The translations under genes and the position numbers were made by a program. DNA of 59,615 bases, the filler included, from Bipalium vagum (Eukaryota): the NCBI GenBank assembly GCA_037834085.1. It is 3 parts of 3 records of this genome, joined end to end, with 100 filler letters (N's around TTAATTAATTAA, not from the genome) between each part and the next. Parts side by side here need not be neighbours in the genome. Positions count along the whole stretch, not along the records: positions 38,075 to 59,615 come from JBBMKC010235921.1; 2 more parts are not named here. One strand, 5' to 3'. This document shows, piece by piece, positions 42,542 through 56,916 of this stretch. Under the pieces are notes generated by a model. It saw only the letters and a list, made by a program, of their open reading frames with translations. It did no database searches and was not told where the DNA came from. Position 1 is the first letter of the stretch, and each line of letters begins with the position of its first letter.

Positions 42542-43702
42542 TTAAGTTTTAACAACATTTTTCATGATTTTATTATTTTATGATTTTGTTTTAAGATATT
42601 TATATTAATATCAAATACATTTGTTTGAAAGATCTTTTTCTGCTCTACAGAAGAAGAGTGAAGTTTTATGTCATTTCATTTTATTTAAATTTAACAGTTT
42701 TGAAATGCAGTACCAAGTTGATCAAAAACACCATTTCTCGCACCTATTACCATTTTATTTTAATCGAGGTTTTATAGTTACAGGAGCGGAACAAGAAATT
42801 TGTAATGTATATGGAAAACATTTTTTATTCTGGACTACTGCAAAATGTTGGTTCGAGAAATTTGAATCTTCAATTCAACCTTCAAGAAATCTCACATACT
42901 GATTGGTCATCTAATTTCTATCATGACCGTCATAGAGGACGGCTGTCAAACAGCCAGAGATTAAACAGCAATCCATTGACAGTCTTAGGCCACCAAAACT
43001 CAAAAACGTGGTAATTGTGTGAAATATCGGTAGAATAAAAAACCAAAGAAAGGGTTTTAAGAATTGAATTGATAAATTGCCAGATATCAAGCCACAATAA
43101 ACGGTTTTTGATCGAATTATCAATGGGATGAGAAATGGTGCTTTTAAACAAACTTGAAGCGCAGAAAAACGTTGTTGGAGTCCTGCTTGCACAGTAACGC
43201 TCAGAATTGAATAAGATTAGCATCCCAATAAAACCATGATCTCTGTTTTGTAGAATTGGGCGAGAAATGACCCAGAAATCAAACAGTCGACAAGAACCTG
43301 ATAATGAATCAATTGTGTCGAGTATAAATGAAAATATGACAAATGAAAGACAAGACCCAAAGTCATTCTTCTCCATGATAACACAAAACAGCATACAACA
43401 AATATCATCAAAACTACCCTCAAATCTCTCGATTCTGAGGTTCTTCAACACTTTCCATATGCTTCGACAAGACATTACTATCTTTTCCGCTCTCTGTTAA
43501 ATCATATGAAAGGAATTACTTTTGAGAAGGAAATAAACTAGTTGACCACTTTCTAGAATAAAGGTTTCGATAATCTGGTGGACAGATGGGAGATCCTAAA
43601 TAATTATATTAATGATTGATTTTCCATTATTTTTTTCAAAAAGTTTTATCTCTTATAAATATATATTATTCAAAATCACGAAAAATTATGTTAAAAACAT
43701 AA
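42542..43702 (+). mobile_element. Near full-length decayed mariner (about 1.16 kb)
   Basis: Imperfect TIRs ttaagttttaacaacatttttcatgatttt / aaaatcacgaaaaattatgttaaaaacataa; MQYQVDQKHHFSHLL..FNRG, ICNVYG..WFEKF and LVDRWE motifs. Confidence 0.85.
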
Positions 43703-46700
43703 TATTATAAATGGAAAATAATTTCATTATTCTCAATAATGATGAAATTTTAACAATTTTTAGAATCAAAAAATAAGTCAGATTTCAATTTTTTTTTAAA
43801 AAAAATTTAACTTATTTCGCAAAAAAATAAATGTTGAAATTATTACTGAAGGTTTCTAATAGTTTACGCGGAGTCTTGTTTGACAAATTCTTTTAACTAA
43901 ATTTTCCAGAATATCAGGTAGGTGTAGCAGAAAACAATATTTTAAATCGAAGTTACATATTTTTCATAAAGTTCACCTGTCAATCATAGCGAAGGGATCA
44001 TAAATCGATTTTAATTTCGTCAATATTGCTTAATGGGCATCGGTTCAATTATTTTTGAAAGTTAATTATGAGATGATGAGAAATCTTTTATGTCCTACGA
44101 GAGATAGATCAATTAAATGTGATTATAGATTATAAAGATCATTTTTAGTAAGATTTTCTGTCATTTTTGGGGGAAACTTACTTGACTGTCAATTTCTTTA
44201 ATTTAAAATTCTTTTAAAAAAATTAAAAATTAGTGATTTTAATTTACCTAATTAATATCGATTAAAACGAAAAATTGAGGTAAAAATTGTTAAATTTTTT
44301 CTAATAACAAAGAACCAAAATCAATTGTTACGGATTTTTATCATCTAATGAAGTTTTTATTGTCCATTGTCAGTGCTGTTATCATTGAAATCACACAATG
44401 TAAATAATGTTATTTATTGATGAAAGTCAGTCTATCAAAATAATGGTTTCTCTGTAGTATAAAACGTCACCACATAATTCTATCATCCTTTGTTTTCAAT
44501 TTTTGTTGTTATTAAAGAGTTTTGAATTTATCCAATTTAAATTTTATTTTTAAATATTTTTTTAAAAAAATTAATCATGGAATTTAATTAGAAAAATAAC
44601 TTTATTATCTTTATCATCAGATTTATAAAATAATGAAACTTTTCTGCTTGAAACGATATTATTATTGATCAGACATTAAGTTTTAATTAAAGAAACTGAA
44701 TATAATTATAATATAATTAATGTGTGAATACAAAACGTTTTCGTATTTATTTTTCACATTTTTGGTCTTTAGTTTTGTCTGTTATGTTAAATTACAATAA
44801 GAATTTTTTTATTATAAAATATTTTTTACTGATATGGATTATTTTACGTTACTGATTTATATTTTATTGAATTTTAAAATTTTTTTTATTTCATTAATTA
44901 TCATTTTTCTTATTCTATTTACTCAAACAATCATGTAAGTATATTTTCATTTCTAGAATTCACTTAACAGTTCAAAACTATACTAAGCTATAGATATGAA
45001 AAAATATTTTATTAGTAACATTAAAATAATAAATTAAATAAATATCTCTTGATCAATCAATCTTTAATCTTTCATTTTTATTTGTTTGTTTTTTCTGTCA
45101 ATAGCATAAAAAATATTAATAATATTATGACTATTCACGCCCTGTGTCTGGTGCTCAATTTTGTAAAATGTCACGCCTTAGAATTTGAGTAATACTTTAT
45201 TATTTGTTTTTCTGATCTTTGAAATTGATAAATTGAAATATATAAATTATGGATTTTATAACACAATTTAAATCGATAATCAATATATTAAAATATTTTT
45301 GATTTATCTAATCCCAGTAGTATTTCTATAATTTGTTTTTTATTGATTTCTTTATTTTTATGAAACTATTTTATAAAAGTTATAATAGATTTTAGAAGAA
45401 TAGCAACGTTACATAAATTGTTTGGAAAATATTATTTTTACCTAGTAAAACAGAAACCGTCAGTCGATAATTATAGTCGATTTTCTTAAAGAAATTTTAA
45501 GAATTAATTAATCTGATGATTTTAAAACTGTAAAAAGAATTTTTGGTTTGATACTTTTATTTTTCTATTTCTCCTTTTTCTTATTATCATATACGATTAA
45601 ATTTTTCGATCTTTCTGATAATTGATTTCTTAATTTTATAAAATTTTTAAATTTTATTTGAAATATAATAGACTTGATAATTATTTTTCATGATAAAAAT
45701 TTTAAACATATATGTAAAAAATTGGCATCTGCTAGAATTTTAGTAGAAAACGATTCATAACTAACATGTATAATCAGCCAGAGAGATAAAATCACACCAG
45801 CTTGTTAAAATCGAAGAAATTATGATGAAAATATTTGGCTCTGTTTAATAATAAATTTATTTTGAAAAATCGTTAGACAAGTAGATCCTTTTTACGAAAT
45901 CATATCTGCTTAATGCCTACAGTGTCAACGAGTGTGAACAATATTTTCAATAAATGGTTAAAGTAAAGATCACTTTACATTAGTAAATTTGTTCACTGAT
46001 TCAGGAAAGATGAATGGGCTTTGACTTTGACCATAGTGGGCTTAAGTATTTAATATTTTGTTTAACGTAAGTTAATAAATTCTCATTGTCAGAAGTAATC
46101 TAATAAACTGTTGTTAAAAGTGCCTTTGTTCATAGTTAAGTTATTTTGTAGAATTTATACCTCTTTATTGTAAAAGGCTGATAAGTGTTCGAATTTTTTG
46201 ATAATGAGAATGAAATTTAATAAAAGCTGAATATTATCATAATAAATGATGCAATGATGAGCAAAAATATAATAAATTTATAATACTTTCAAGTGCATTG
46301 TTTCCTTTAATAAACTTTCAATTTAAGTTTTACAAAAAAATAGACTGATAAAATATTATAACAGTGCTATAAAAAAAATCCTGACATTTTTATATGAAAA
46401 ATATTTTGTCAGAGATGATTTCGTAAAATATGTCAAAAGTCGGTAATTAAAGTATTTTCCCCAGAAATAAATATGCGCTTTTTGTTTAATTTGAAGATTT
46501 TTAATTCCATCGATATTTTTCAGATTTATATAATATATTATATACGGGAATTTATTGTAAATTAACTTAAAATAAAAAACCTGTTTAATGTTAAAATTAA
46601 GTTTGAAATTTTTTTGACTTTAACAATATATAATAATATTAATATTAATATTAATAATCATAATAATAAAAATAAAACATTTTTGTTCGACCAAATTACT

Positions 46701-47592
46701 ATATTTACAATAAAAATTAACAAATTCTTATTCTAAAAAGTTAAAATAGAAATTTTAGAAATATTAGTAGCATTGATTTTTAATTGTATATTTGTTCTTT
46801 TTAATTTCTGAGAGAAAATAAAAATTGAAATATTGAGTTATATTTTTCTTTATTTGGTAAAACAATTTTCAATGTGAAAAATAACTGTGATATGATCCTA
46901 CCAATATTTATAGCGTTTTAAATTATCATTTATCGAATATATTTAGTTTGCCGAAAAAAATCAATATAATAGTATTATTTATCAATCTAATAATCCTGTT
47001 TTCATTTACATAAATATGTTATCTGAATTAAAGTCAAAATCGTTATATATTTATCAATATTTTATAATTGCGTAAAAATGGATACAAAATAATTAATTAT
47101 AATCTTAATGATAAATTAATGCACTTCTTAAAATAATGATTTTTTAAATTTTCATTTTGTTAAAAATAATGATAATATTATTTCAAGTAAAGACAAAGTT
47201 CTTTGTGTTAATTGTTGTTATTTTTTATAAAGTAGACTTCAATGTTAACACCAAATTTATTCAAATACCACACTTTTATTCTTGCTCAATAAGATAAGAC
47301 CGATAGGTATAGACTTGATCATTTTCTCAATAAGGTCCTTCAAAATCAATTGATTTAATACTTGAAAAGGATGGATCATTTCAGATTTTTGTTTCTTTTG
47401 TCAAAATTTACTTGTCTTGTTAAAATGAACATAATCAACTCTTGAGGCTTACTAATATTTTATGTTCTGAAGAATTTATGGATTGTTACAAACTTATTTT
47501 CAAAAAAGTTTCATAATAATATATCATTTTACCGATAATCGTTAAATACTCATTTGTTACATAAAATTGCAATAAACAAATGTTTTTTCCAG

Positions 47593-47633
47593 TATTCAGG
47601 TAATAGACGACGTAAGAGGGTTAGTAAAAGTCT
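47593..47633 (+). CDS. Host gene exon G (basic, NLS-like)
   Basis: ttttttccag acceptor, GTGAGT donor; YSGNRRRKRVSKS; phase 0 to 2. Confidence 0.65.
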
Positions 47634-49399
47634 GTGAGTTTTTCAGCAATTTAATCGATTTTCTATTGTTGTTTTCGTTCATTGTCTTGAATGTCTAATA
47701 TAACGCATGCTTTTTACATGCATTGTAACTAAATATTTTTAATTTTTAAAAAAAAGCCCTATTATGAGAAAGTAAAAAATTATTTCTCACATCGTTATAA
47801 GTTTTTGGCTGGACTGGTCTTTTGTTATTATCAGATTTTGTTAAAACGCATTTGCAGTCATTCTGTATTGTCTCCTTAGACAAAATATGTGTCATCAGTG
47901 TCAAATTAAAACTTACGTAGTTCAGAAGGGGAGTAGTTTTATTTTTATGATTTTTTTCTGATTGCTATTATTGATACTGAGGTTAATATTGATGATGAAA
48001 TACTTCATTTTTCTCATTTGCTATTTTTTTAAAGCAAAAAATATTTCCGTTAATTAACGAAAATATCCTTGACAACGTTGGTTTCAATATTTTTTGACGG
48101 CAGACGAAATTTTAAAGGGTGCTCGAATTTTGAAACGATATTTAAGACTCGAAGTATAGACCATCTGAGATGATGGTTTGAAACAAAAATCACACATTGA
48201 CATCATGTTTTACCGATTTTAAAAAATTTAACTCGCAGCTTCGACTTCCATTTAAATTATTTATGAAATTATTCTTCACATGACTTGAATATCTAATTTG
48301 AATATACTGAAAGATCAATTTTATGTGATCTGTCTGGCAATATGCGTTTGCTTGTTGAATAACTTCACAAATACGTCCAAATTCAACAAAATTGGGTATA
48401 CTTTAATTAATTGTGTATAATCAATCTGAATGCAACAGAGATTTTTAATGGCGGTTTCCTATCTCTTGAGATAAGCTCGAAAAGTTTCTTGTCTTAAATT
48501 TCACTGAGAACTTAATAATAATGTTTTAGAAACCTCTTTCTTTTGATGCCTGTTCAGTCTTCTTATCATTGAATTATTGTTTTCCTAGACTGTTGAAAAG
48601 AAATTGACGATACAATTTTGCGAATGATACGATTTTTTTCGCTTTTTGAAAACGAAAATTTTTTTGGCTTACTCTAATAAATTCAATTATTGAAATAATA
48701 TCATCAAATAAGTGCCACAGTGTCTACTTTAGCTCTTATTCTTGAGAACCCAAATGTTCGATGACTCTCATAAATCAAGTTTAATTTTATCGATAGCACA
48801 ATCAATTTCGCCTTGTATTGGGCTAATTGATTGTGGGTTAGTTTTAAAGTAAAATAAATTTATATAATGCCATAAAAATATGATGGTAAGAATATAATAT
48901 GAATTGACTCTTTCATTCATTTGTAAAGAATTTTAATAAACGATTTCATTGCATCTGCCTTATTTTGAAAGATATGTGGGCCAACAATCGGGAAACAATT
49001 GACGGAATTAAAAATCATTTTGCTTTTGTTCTAGAGTCAATTTAAACGTGTTGAATGGATACAAGTGTAACTTATCGTGAAAAAATGTATTCTGATAATT
49101 GAGAAATTCATAATTCGTTAAATTTTGATTATCATCATCACTTTCATTAACAAGATCAATATTGTTTTCTCTGTGCATTTCTTTCATAAAATTAACATTA
49201 TTTCACTTGATTTAAAATTTCTTTACTGTTCCTATATAGGATAGTCATTTTGACCATATACTTTTAAATGTTCATTGTTAATATCAATAGGTTTATAATC
49301 AGAACTACAAGACATTTTTTGAATATATTTATTAAGTGATAAAAACAATAATATTTTAAAAAATTTTCTCAGACTTGAAAATTCCTTTTTTTTCATTAA

Positions 49400-49930
49400 A
49401 TTTTAAAAATTAGTTTTTTTTTAAAATTTCATCCATGCTTTTTAAATAATTTAAAAATTTCCCAGGTTTGAATAACCTCCTCATACCCCCGTTCTCAAAA
49501 ATTTTTTAATTTTCTGTACATTTCTCTCAAATTTCTTTCCGTTTGGCTTTTCTAACACATATCTTTGATCATGGACTTTAAGGACGATCTCATATGATTC
49601 TTCATATATGGTCTTTCATTTTCTTTTGCTCGAGCTTCGGCCTTCACTAGCACCTTTTTCCTACGGAAAATGTCCTCTTTGTATTATATTTGATTTTCGA
49701 AATCTATTTTTCAGCTGCCTTATATATTTTGTGTCTTTAGATCTTTCTACCAAACACCATTTTAGCCGGACTTATTCCGATTGTTTTCTGTAGCGTAGAA
49801 TTGAGAGGAAATTCCACTTCCTGCAGGATCTCGGCCCAGTTGCTTGTTCCTCTTTCTCTTAAAGTTGCGTTCAAAAAATAGCACACAGTTCTGAATTTTC
49901 TTTCTATTTGACCATTTGTGTTGTGCTTAT
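49400..49930 (-). mobile_element. Ty3/gypsy integrase 3' end, PPT and start of 3' LTR
   Basis: NGQIERKFRT..W..L..VEF.LNST...G.SP..MVFG integrase motif; gagaacggggg PPT-like tract at 49486-49496 followed by TG. LTR extent is uncertain. Confidence 0.8.
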
Positions 49931-49934
49931 TTTT

Positions 49935-50293
49935 CCACAACCCTCTGCATCACTGAGATCAAATTTTCCAAGACGGAATTTGTCCAACCACCAACGGGTA
50001 GTTGATTCTGCTACATAACCATCTCCTAAAGGTCTGTTTATATTTCTGGTTGCATCTGCCGCAAAATTTCCAAGTTTAAATTCGTAGATATTTAATATTG
50101 CTCTAATTTGCTGGTTTGTTAACATTTTTAAAAATGTGCCAAAATATGCTTTAATTTAAAGCAGTAAAAAGCAGTATGAATCCTAAGCATCAATTTGGAA
50201 TATCATATGATGCCATTCATACGTATTTTATATAAAATAAAATCATCGAAAGTTGCCTTGTATAAAACGCTAATTTATTTTCGAACAACCTAA
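49935..50293 (-). mobile_element. Mariner 5' end with left TIR
   Basis: TA-ttaggttgttcgaaaataaatt TIR; YEFKLG..AADATRNIN...RWWLDKFRLGKFDLSD. Confidence 0.85.
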
Positions 50294-50859
50294 TAACATT
50301 TTTTGATGATTGGGATATTTCCTCCTCTTTATATTGATTTATGATAAAAAAAAGTTTTCTGTCAAAGATCGAGCACCCATATAGAAAAATTTGTTATTTT
50401 TATCAATATAAATCTATGTAGATTTTCTTGAAATATTTTAATTGATTACTCCTCTCCGGAGAGATATGAATATTTGTTAATTGCCACATGCTTTGAAATT
50501 AAATTTCCAATAATGTTAATTTTCAATAATGATTTCTTTTCATCAAAAAAAATCAAACATTTTCATTGACACTTTATTTTTCGAAATCTGTTATTAGTAT
50601 TTATTTTAATTCATTTTTGTAAAATTGTTTAGTTTGACGATTGAAATATTTAATTTCAAAATCACAATTTTTATACAATTATTTGGTTTGTGCATTGAAA
50701 GTGAGCTTAACACAAACAACATTTATTTTACATAAACAAAACATTTCACATTAATCAAAATAATGAACATCGTTACCAATGATTTTTGTCAGCAAGTTGG
50801 TGAATTTCCTGTCAAAAACTCTTTTTCCTTACTGGCTGCTCTGTGACTGGCCCATTTTG

Positions 50860-51740
50860 AAATCTGTTCAAAGGATTGGAAGTGCTGTTTGGATAAGTGT
50901 GTCATCTATCAAAACAGATGATTATCTGTAGGGTCACAGTCATGTGAATAACCCGCATTGGGTATTACTTAACATCTAAGGATTGCTAACATTTCCCAAA
51001 CTGGTTTTTTAGCATGTGACTAGACATTGTCATGCGAAAAGGAGTTTATGTTGTCTTTTGTCAAACTCTGGTAGTTTTTGGCTCAATTTCCGGTTCATGC
51101 ATTACTTTCGTTTCCATTATTACAGATCACCGGTACCCGTTTGTCCATGTTGTATAATCTCGGATGAATCACATCTTTATGGTTCCACCAATCCATGACC
51201 AAGCTTTCTTTCTGTTGAAATTCCTCTTTTAAGATGTTCTAGATGTCTCGCCGGAGTTGCAAATTGTTTTTCTTCGTTTAGGGTTATGAAAATAAACCAA
51301 TGTTTCATCACTCGTTACAATTACAAGAAAATTTTTTTTCTTTTTCCAGCAATCAAAATTTCACAATTGGTTTTATATTTTTCGAGGTCTCGTATATCCA
51401 TCCTCCTTTCCTGTAGATCTTCTCTATTGTTGTTAAACGTCGGCTAAGTGATGGTCGACAAACATCTAATGATTTTGCAAGTTCAAGTTGAGTTTGACAT
51501 GAATCCTAATACACTAATGCTTTCAGATTTTCATCATCAAACCATTTCTTTTGTCCGAGAGGTTCTTTATTTTCACACTTAAATCCCCCTTCCTGAAATG
51601 TTCGAACAATCTTTTACAAGTTGGTAAAGATGAAACATTGTCTTCATAAAGCTTAATAAGTATTATGGGAGTTTCGGTAGCCGATTTTCTTAATATTGAG
51701 ATGAAGCACCATCACTTCTCACAAATGGTGTTTATTTGGT
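50860..51740 (-). mobile_element. Decayed mariner transposase
   Basis: FDDENLKALV..DSCQTQLELAKSL, HDNV.SH and YSHDCDPTDNHLF motifs. Confidence 0.8.
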
Positions 51741-52548
51741 GAAAAAGAATGTGAAAAATTATAGATATTTCTCTTTACATGAGAAAATTTTTTACTGAAT
51801 AATTTTGAATAATATTCAAACTACATAAATTCTGTTAATTCGTTTAAACAATTAAATTATTTTTACTATAGTTATTTTAAAAATAAAGTTTTTTAAAGGT
51901 AGTTTCAACGTACACACATAATATAAAAAATATATATATAAATTCTAAAAATTAGAATATTATATTATTGACTTATATTTAACTTTAATAAAATCAATAC
52001 TTAAGTAATTAAATTTTACGATTAAATTAAATCAATGAATTTTTTAAAAAAATAATGAACTGAATAATAACAAAGTTTGATAATTAAATTGGTAGAAAAT
52101 TCTGATTGATCAAAGACAAAATTATAAATCAGGGATTTCAAACTTGTTCATATTAAGTTATTATTTTATATATGGGAAATAAATCGTTATTATTTTTGTA
52201 AAGAATTCATTTAATTAACGCTAACTATTTTTAAAACTCTTTGATTACCAGTATTGATCAAATAGCTATTGGTTATATTGGGAAATTACTTAACTATAAA
52301 ATATATCTCGCGCAAAATATTTATTTATTCCCATTGCAACTATGAAATGACTTTGATCTTCTCTGTGAAGGCCCTTTTTTGCTCTTAAAAATTGACTTTG
52401 TAAATTATTTTCATCATTAATTTTTTGAGTTTTTATTTAAAAATTCTCTTGCAAAAGAATATTGATCTATATTTTTATTCATAAAACATAAAAAAATTAT
52501 TTTGACAATCTGATTTTATTTGTGGAAGATTTTGAGAATAATATCTAT

Positions 52549-53100
52549 TAGTGGTCCAATTTTATTATGCGTCCTAATCACAAAACTTTAAAAAATAAAT
52601 TTTATTATTATCATACAAACATTAAATGATTAAATATTCTCTCTCAGTGTTAACTACTCTCTGCCATCTATCTACCAAAGAATGAATGTCATTGGAATAA
52701 AATTCAGTAGTTTTTTTTATCAAAAATTGTTTAAAGTCATTTTTTATGTCGTCCAAATTTTCATAATTTTTTCCTTTAAAATTGTGACTTATCGAGTGAA
52801 ACAGATGAAAATCCGTAGCCGCGATGTCTGAGCTATATTGTGGATGTAGCAATACTTCATAACACGATTCTCTTAATTTCTTTTGTGTCATTTATGATGC
52901 ATGGAATTTATCATTATCATGCTGAAGAATAACTCCTTTGCTGCTAACCAAACTGGGTCTTTTTTTTGAAGCGCCCAATGTAAACTGTCTAATTTTTGGC
53001 AGTAACGTTCAAAGTCAATAGTATCGTGAGGCCTCTTAAGCTTTGGTGCCTTGATCATAATCATACAACAAACATAACCTGGTGTGAGTATTTGTAATAC
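52549..53100 (-). mobile_element. Mariner 3' half
   Basis: VILQHDN..., LLHPQYSSDIAATDFHLF, LVDRWQRVV..EY in ORF 52622..52891. Confidence 0.9.
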
Positions 53101-55845
53101 TTTTTGCCATTAGAGTTTCAAAAAGAAATATTAAATTATTATCTACATTTAAATGTGATGCATAAATGGTATTATTAAAAGAATTTCAAATAGATTTAAA
53201 TTGATTTTATTAAATTAAAACGTTTAAGTTTTGCAATATAAAAATCTAGGTTAAATTGGATCCATAATATATACTGTATATTGTACAAAGTTAGTTTTTA
53301 TGGATTTGCACAGGTCTTAATAGATTTGACTTTGTGAGGATAATTAGACATTTCTGATATTTTTACCAATATATCAATATTAAGAAGTTTTTTTAATTTG
53401 ATCGTATTCACCAATAATATTTAATATTTCACAATTGAATTTTGCAGATTTTTTAAATAGTGAAATAAAAGTCTATAAAGCAACTTTGATCTTTCTTTTA
53501 TTTTGAGATCTTTTTATGAAATGAGACGACGAATAAGTCAGAAAATATGAATGAGAGAAAACAATTAAAATTGTCAAATTATTAAGAAAGAAATACTTAT
53601 TTTTACGAACATTTACGGATTGGAATAAAAATTTTTAAAATTTCATTCTCCCGTGAACTTTGAAAAACCTTAACATAATACATGTAAATTTGATATTGGT
53701 TCAGAAACAATTTTTCAAAAGCGATTCAGTGAAAATTTTCTCTGATAAAAAAACCTTTGATATTTATGTGACTTAATTAGTACTGTTGATCTCCTAAGTT
53801 GATCAGAATGTAAAATTAAATTCATTGAAATATCTTGACTTTTATCTTCTAGCATACCACAAATGTTTGCCGTCACTGTCTATTTTAAATGAGACAGTCG
53901 ATTTTGATCAAATCGTCAGATTTAGGTATTGAAATTATGTTAAATCTAAGAAATTATAGAACTTTGGGAGTTCTTTTGTTGACTTTTTAAAACAAATGAA
54001 AATTATTGATTTAAGAGTTTTATTCATTAAAAGATAAATTACATTTTAAAATCTTTGTTCTATCTAAAAAGTTAATTCTTGACAAGCTGTATTTAAAAAA
54101 AACTCATTCGTTATGTACCGTAACTCGTTAAATTGAAAAGATCATGTGTAAAGGGACTGAAGTTTAAAATATGGAAAAAAAGACTTTAGTTAAATATTCT
54201 TTTTCTTTTCAACTCAAGGTCTTTCTCGAATAATAGGTGAAATAAAATTCTACCTTTGCGTATTTCTTTTATTATTCAAGCATATATTTTAGAATAAATC
54301 AATAATAGGTAGGGTTTTGAAATGTCAGTACATAGGCACAACATTCTGAGACAATTTCGTGACATTGCAGTCAGATTTTTGAAACGTAGGAGGACAAAAG
54401 AAATAAATTCTTGGGTATTTGAAACTATTTTTCTTTTATTAATTATTGATTGTTTGAATAGTATTAATTGCATTATAAAATCAACATTAGTGTTGTCGAC
54501 CCATAATTAATATTCGATTTTTTCGCCTTTTATGGTGTTAATTTCCTAACTTCAACAAAACCTATCTCTATTTATCTTTGTATTGTTAATCAATTAAAAA
54601 GAAAAGAATAAATAAACCCAATATTCAATTTTATGTGAAAATTAATTGATTTGTTTTTTATACTACTTTGATTGACAGAAAAATTGACTTTAATTATTAA
54701 TAAATAATAATAAATTTTTTTTAAAAGTCAATAAAGATGAAATTTCTGTTTACATTATGAAATCCACTGAAATAGGGAATAAATAATTTAGTATAAATTG
54801 GATTGAACTGTCGAATATTAAAATATCAACTATTTACATTTAATGTAAGTATGCTTCTCGAAATATAGTTTTATCATTTTAATTTCTCTGAAAGAAAATT
54901 TAATATTTTCACAATTTTAAATAGTTTCGAATTTAAGCAAAATAAATAAGCATTTTATTGTTAGGTAATCAGTATCATTATTTTTACAGCATTCTATATT
55001 CCTCTAGCCAGATTATTAAGATCATCATTTTAATATAACCAAACAAATGATTGTAGTGATTTTGTGAATTTCTGGATGAATTCAGTTGTCATAAATATAG
55101 GAATTAATGAAAAACATTAATTATTTGAATCAGGAATGTATTACATAAGTTTTTAAGATTGTGGAAACAGCAGTTTCAAGTTTCCGGATCAGAGATTTGT
55201 CAATCATTATTTTCGTGACAAAAAATATCACGCCATTTAAAAGCATCTGAAAATGAAGTGAAACTGAATTGTAGCAATAATAATTAATTATTATATATAT
55301 TTATGCTTTTTATAAATAAATAAAACAAATTTAACTTCTAATTCATAACTGTTAAAACCCCTTTATTCCTGCGATCCTCATGATATCTATTTTCCATTTC
55401 TAGAATTTTAGCTTCGTGTGAGATGTCATGTATATTTAATAAGATTTTTGGTGCATCGGAACTTTTAAAAGTATTTGTCCATTATCTATACTCCTTTCTT
55501 TCTGACATTTCTGAACGAGAATTACACTAAAAAAGTCAAAGAAATTCTAAATCAGAACAAAAATATACCTTTTGTTTCATTACACTTGAAAACAATGAAA
55601 TACTTGTTCCAAATATCACTATATTATGCATTAATTAAGATATTTAATTTTAAATGTTTTCTCAAGGTTTTGTGGCAAAGTATATTTAAATTATTTATTT
55701 TTAAAATATTTGTTAACTTTGTACTGTTACGCTTGTTTAAAATTTAATGCTATTTTATCAAATGTGAGTGTTAATTACTTTAAATGAGTTACTGATTTTT
55801 AATTTTACTTTAGATTTTGCAGAATTTTTATCATTTTATTTTTAG

Positions 55846-55906
55846 TCATTACGGTCGTCGTACGCTCTTTACTAAATTTGGGACAATTCCTAGACTTGAA
55901 GCATAA
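55846..55906 (+). CDS. Host gene terminal coding exon
   Basis: ttttag acceptor; the phase-2 join gives LHYGRRTLFTKFGTIPRLEA* (TAA 55904-55906). Confidence 0.6.
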
Positions 55907-56916
55907 ACAACTGCTCAATGTATAAAATAATAGTATTTTTATTTTAATACACCAGAAATCCATTATTTATAATGTATTGTGATTAATTGTGATATATTTA
56001 TACATATAAGTAATATTTAATAATTTTTTCAAATTCTCAGAAAAAATTATATTTTAAAATAATACTTATGAAAAATTTTGTTTTCAATAAAGATTGTATT
56101 ATAATAATTATGATATTCATTAAATTATAAAAATATGTAGAGTTCTCGGGTCATATTTGTATTTTCAGCTTGTTTTATATTTTATTCAATTAGATTATGT
56201 CATTTTTTGAAAAATGCATTTGTAGTCATTTGATAATTGTAAGATAACTTTAGCTTATTAATAAAAATATACTTATGAAATGATCATTTACCGCAGCTTG
56301 ATATATAAATATCATTTTTAAATAAAATAATTCACAATTTTGCTTTAAATTAAAAATGTTATTTCAATTCTTTCAGCAACATGTTTTATAATTTGTTTTT
56401 AGACGATTTTTAGACAAAAAATGTATTTATTGTTTAAAGATCACTAAAATAAGCAATAGCCATTGATATTTTAAGGTCTACATTTTATTTTTAAAAAATA
56501 AGAAATTATGCCGGCTTGTGTATTTTTAGACTTAAAATGTTTTCAGTAGTTGATATATCATGAAAATATAAGTTTGTCAAAATATTGACAGTGTAATACA
56601 AAATTATGTTGACACAATTAGCTATATTTTTAACAAGAATTAAAATTTTGCGAAAACAAAAGGTTAATAACAGCAACAAAGGACTTTAATCAACAATATT
56701 CAAAAAGCCTGTAAACGCTTTTGAAAATTCTTAACAATCCCCTATTGATATTTTGTTCCATTCTGTCAATAAGGATTCTTCGGTGAAGTTAAACTTTTTT
56801 GGTTGTCTCTTGTCTCTAAAATACACCAAACACTGGAATCCACAAGGTTAAGATCCAGGGACTATGGAGGCTCTTCAGTTGAAGAGATAAAATTCTTCTT
56901 GTAGGACTGCTATATT

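Noticed and set aside
42930-43475. 181-aa minus-strand ORF
   Set aside because: Antisense to a decayed mariner transposase.
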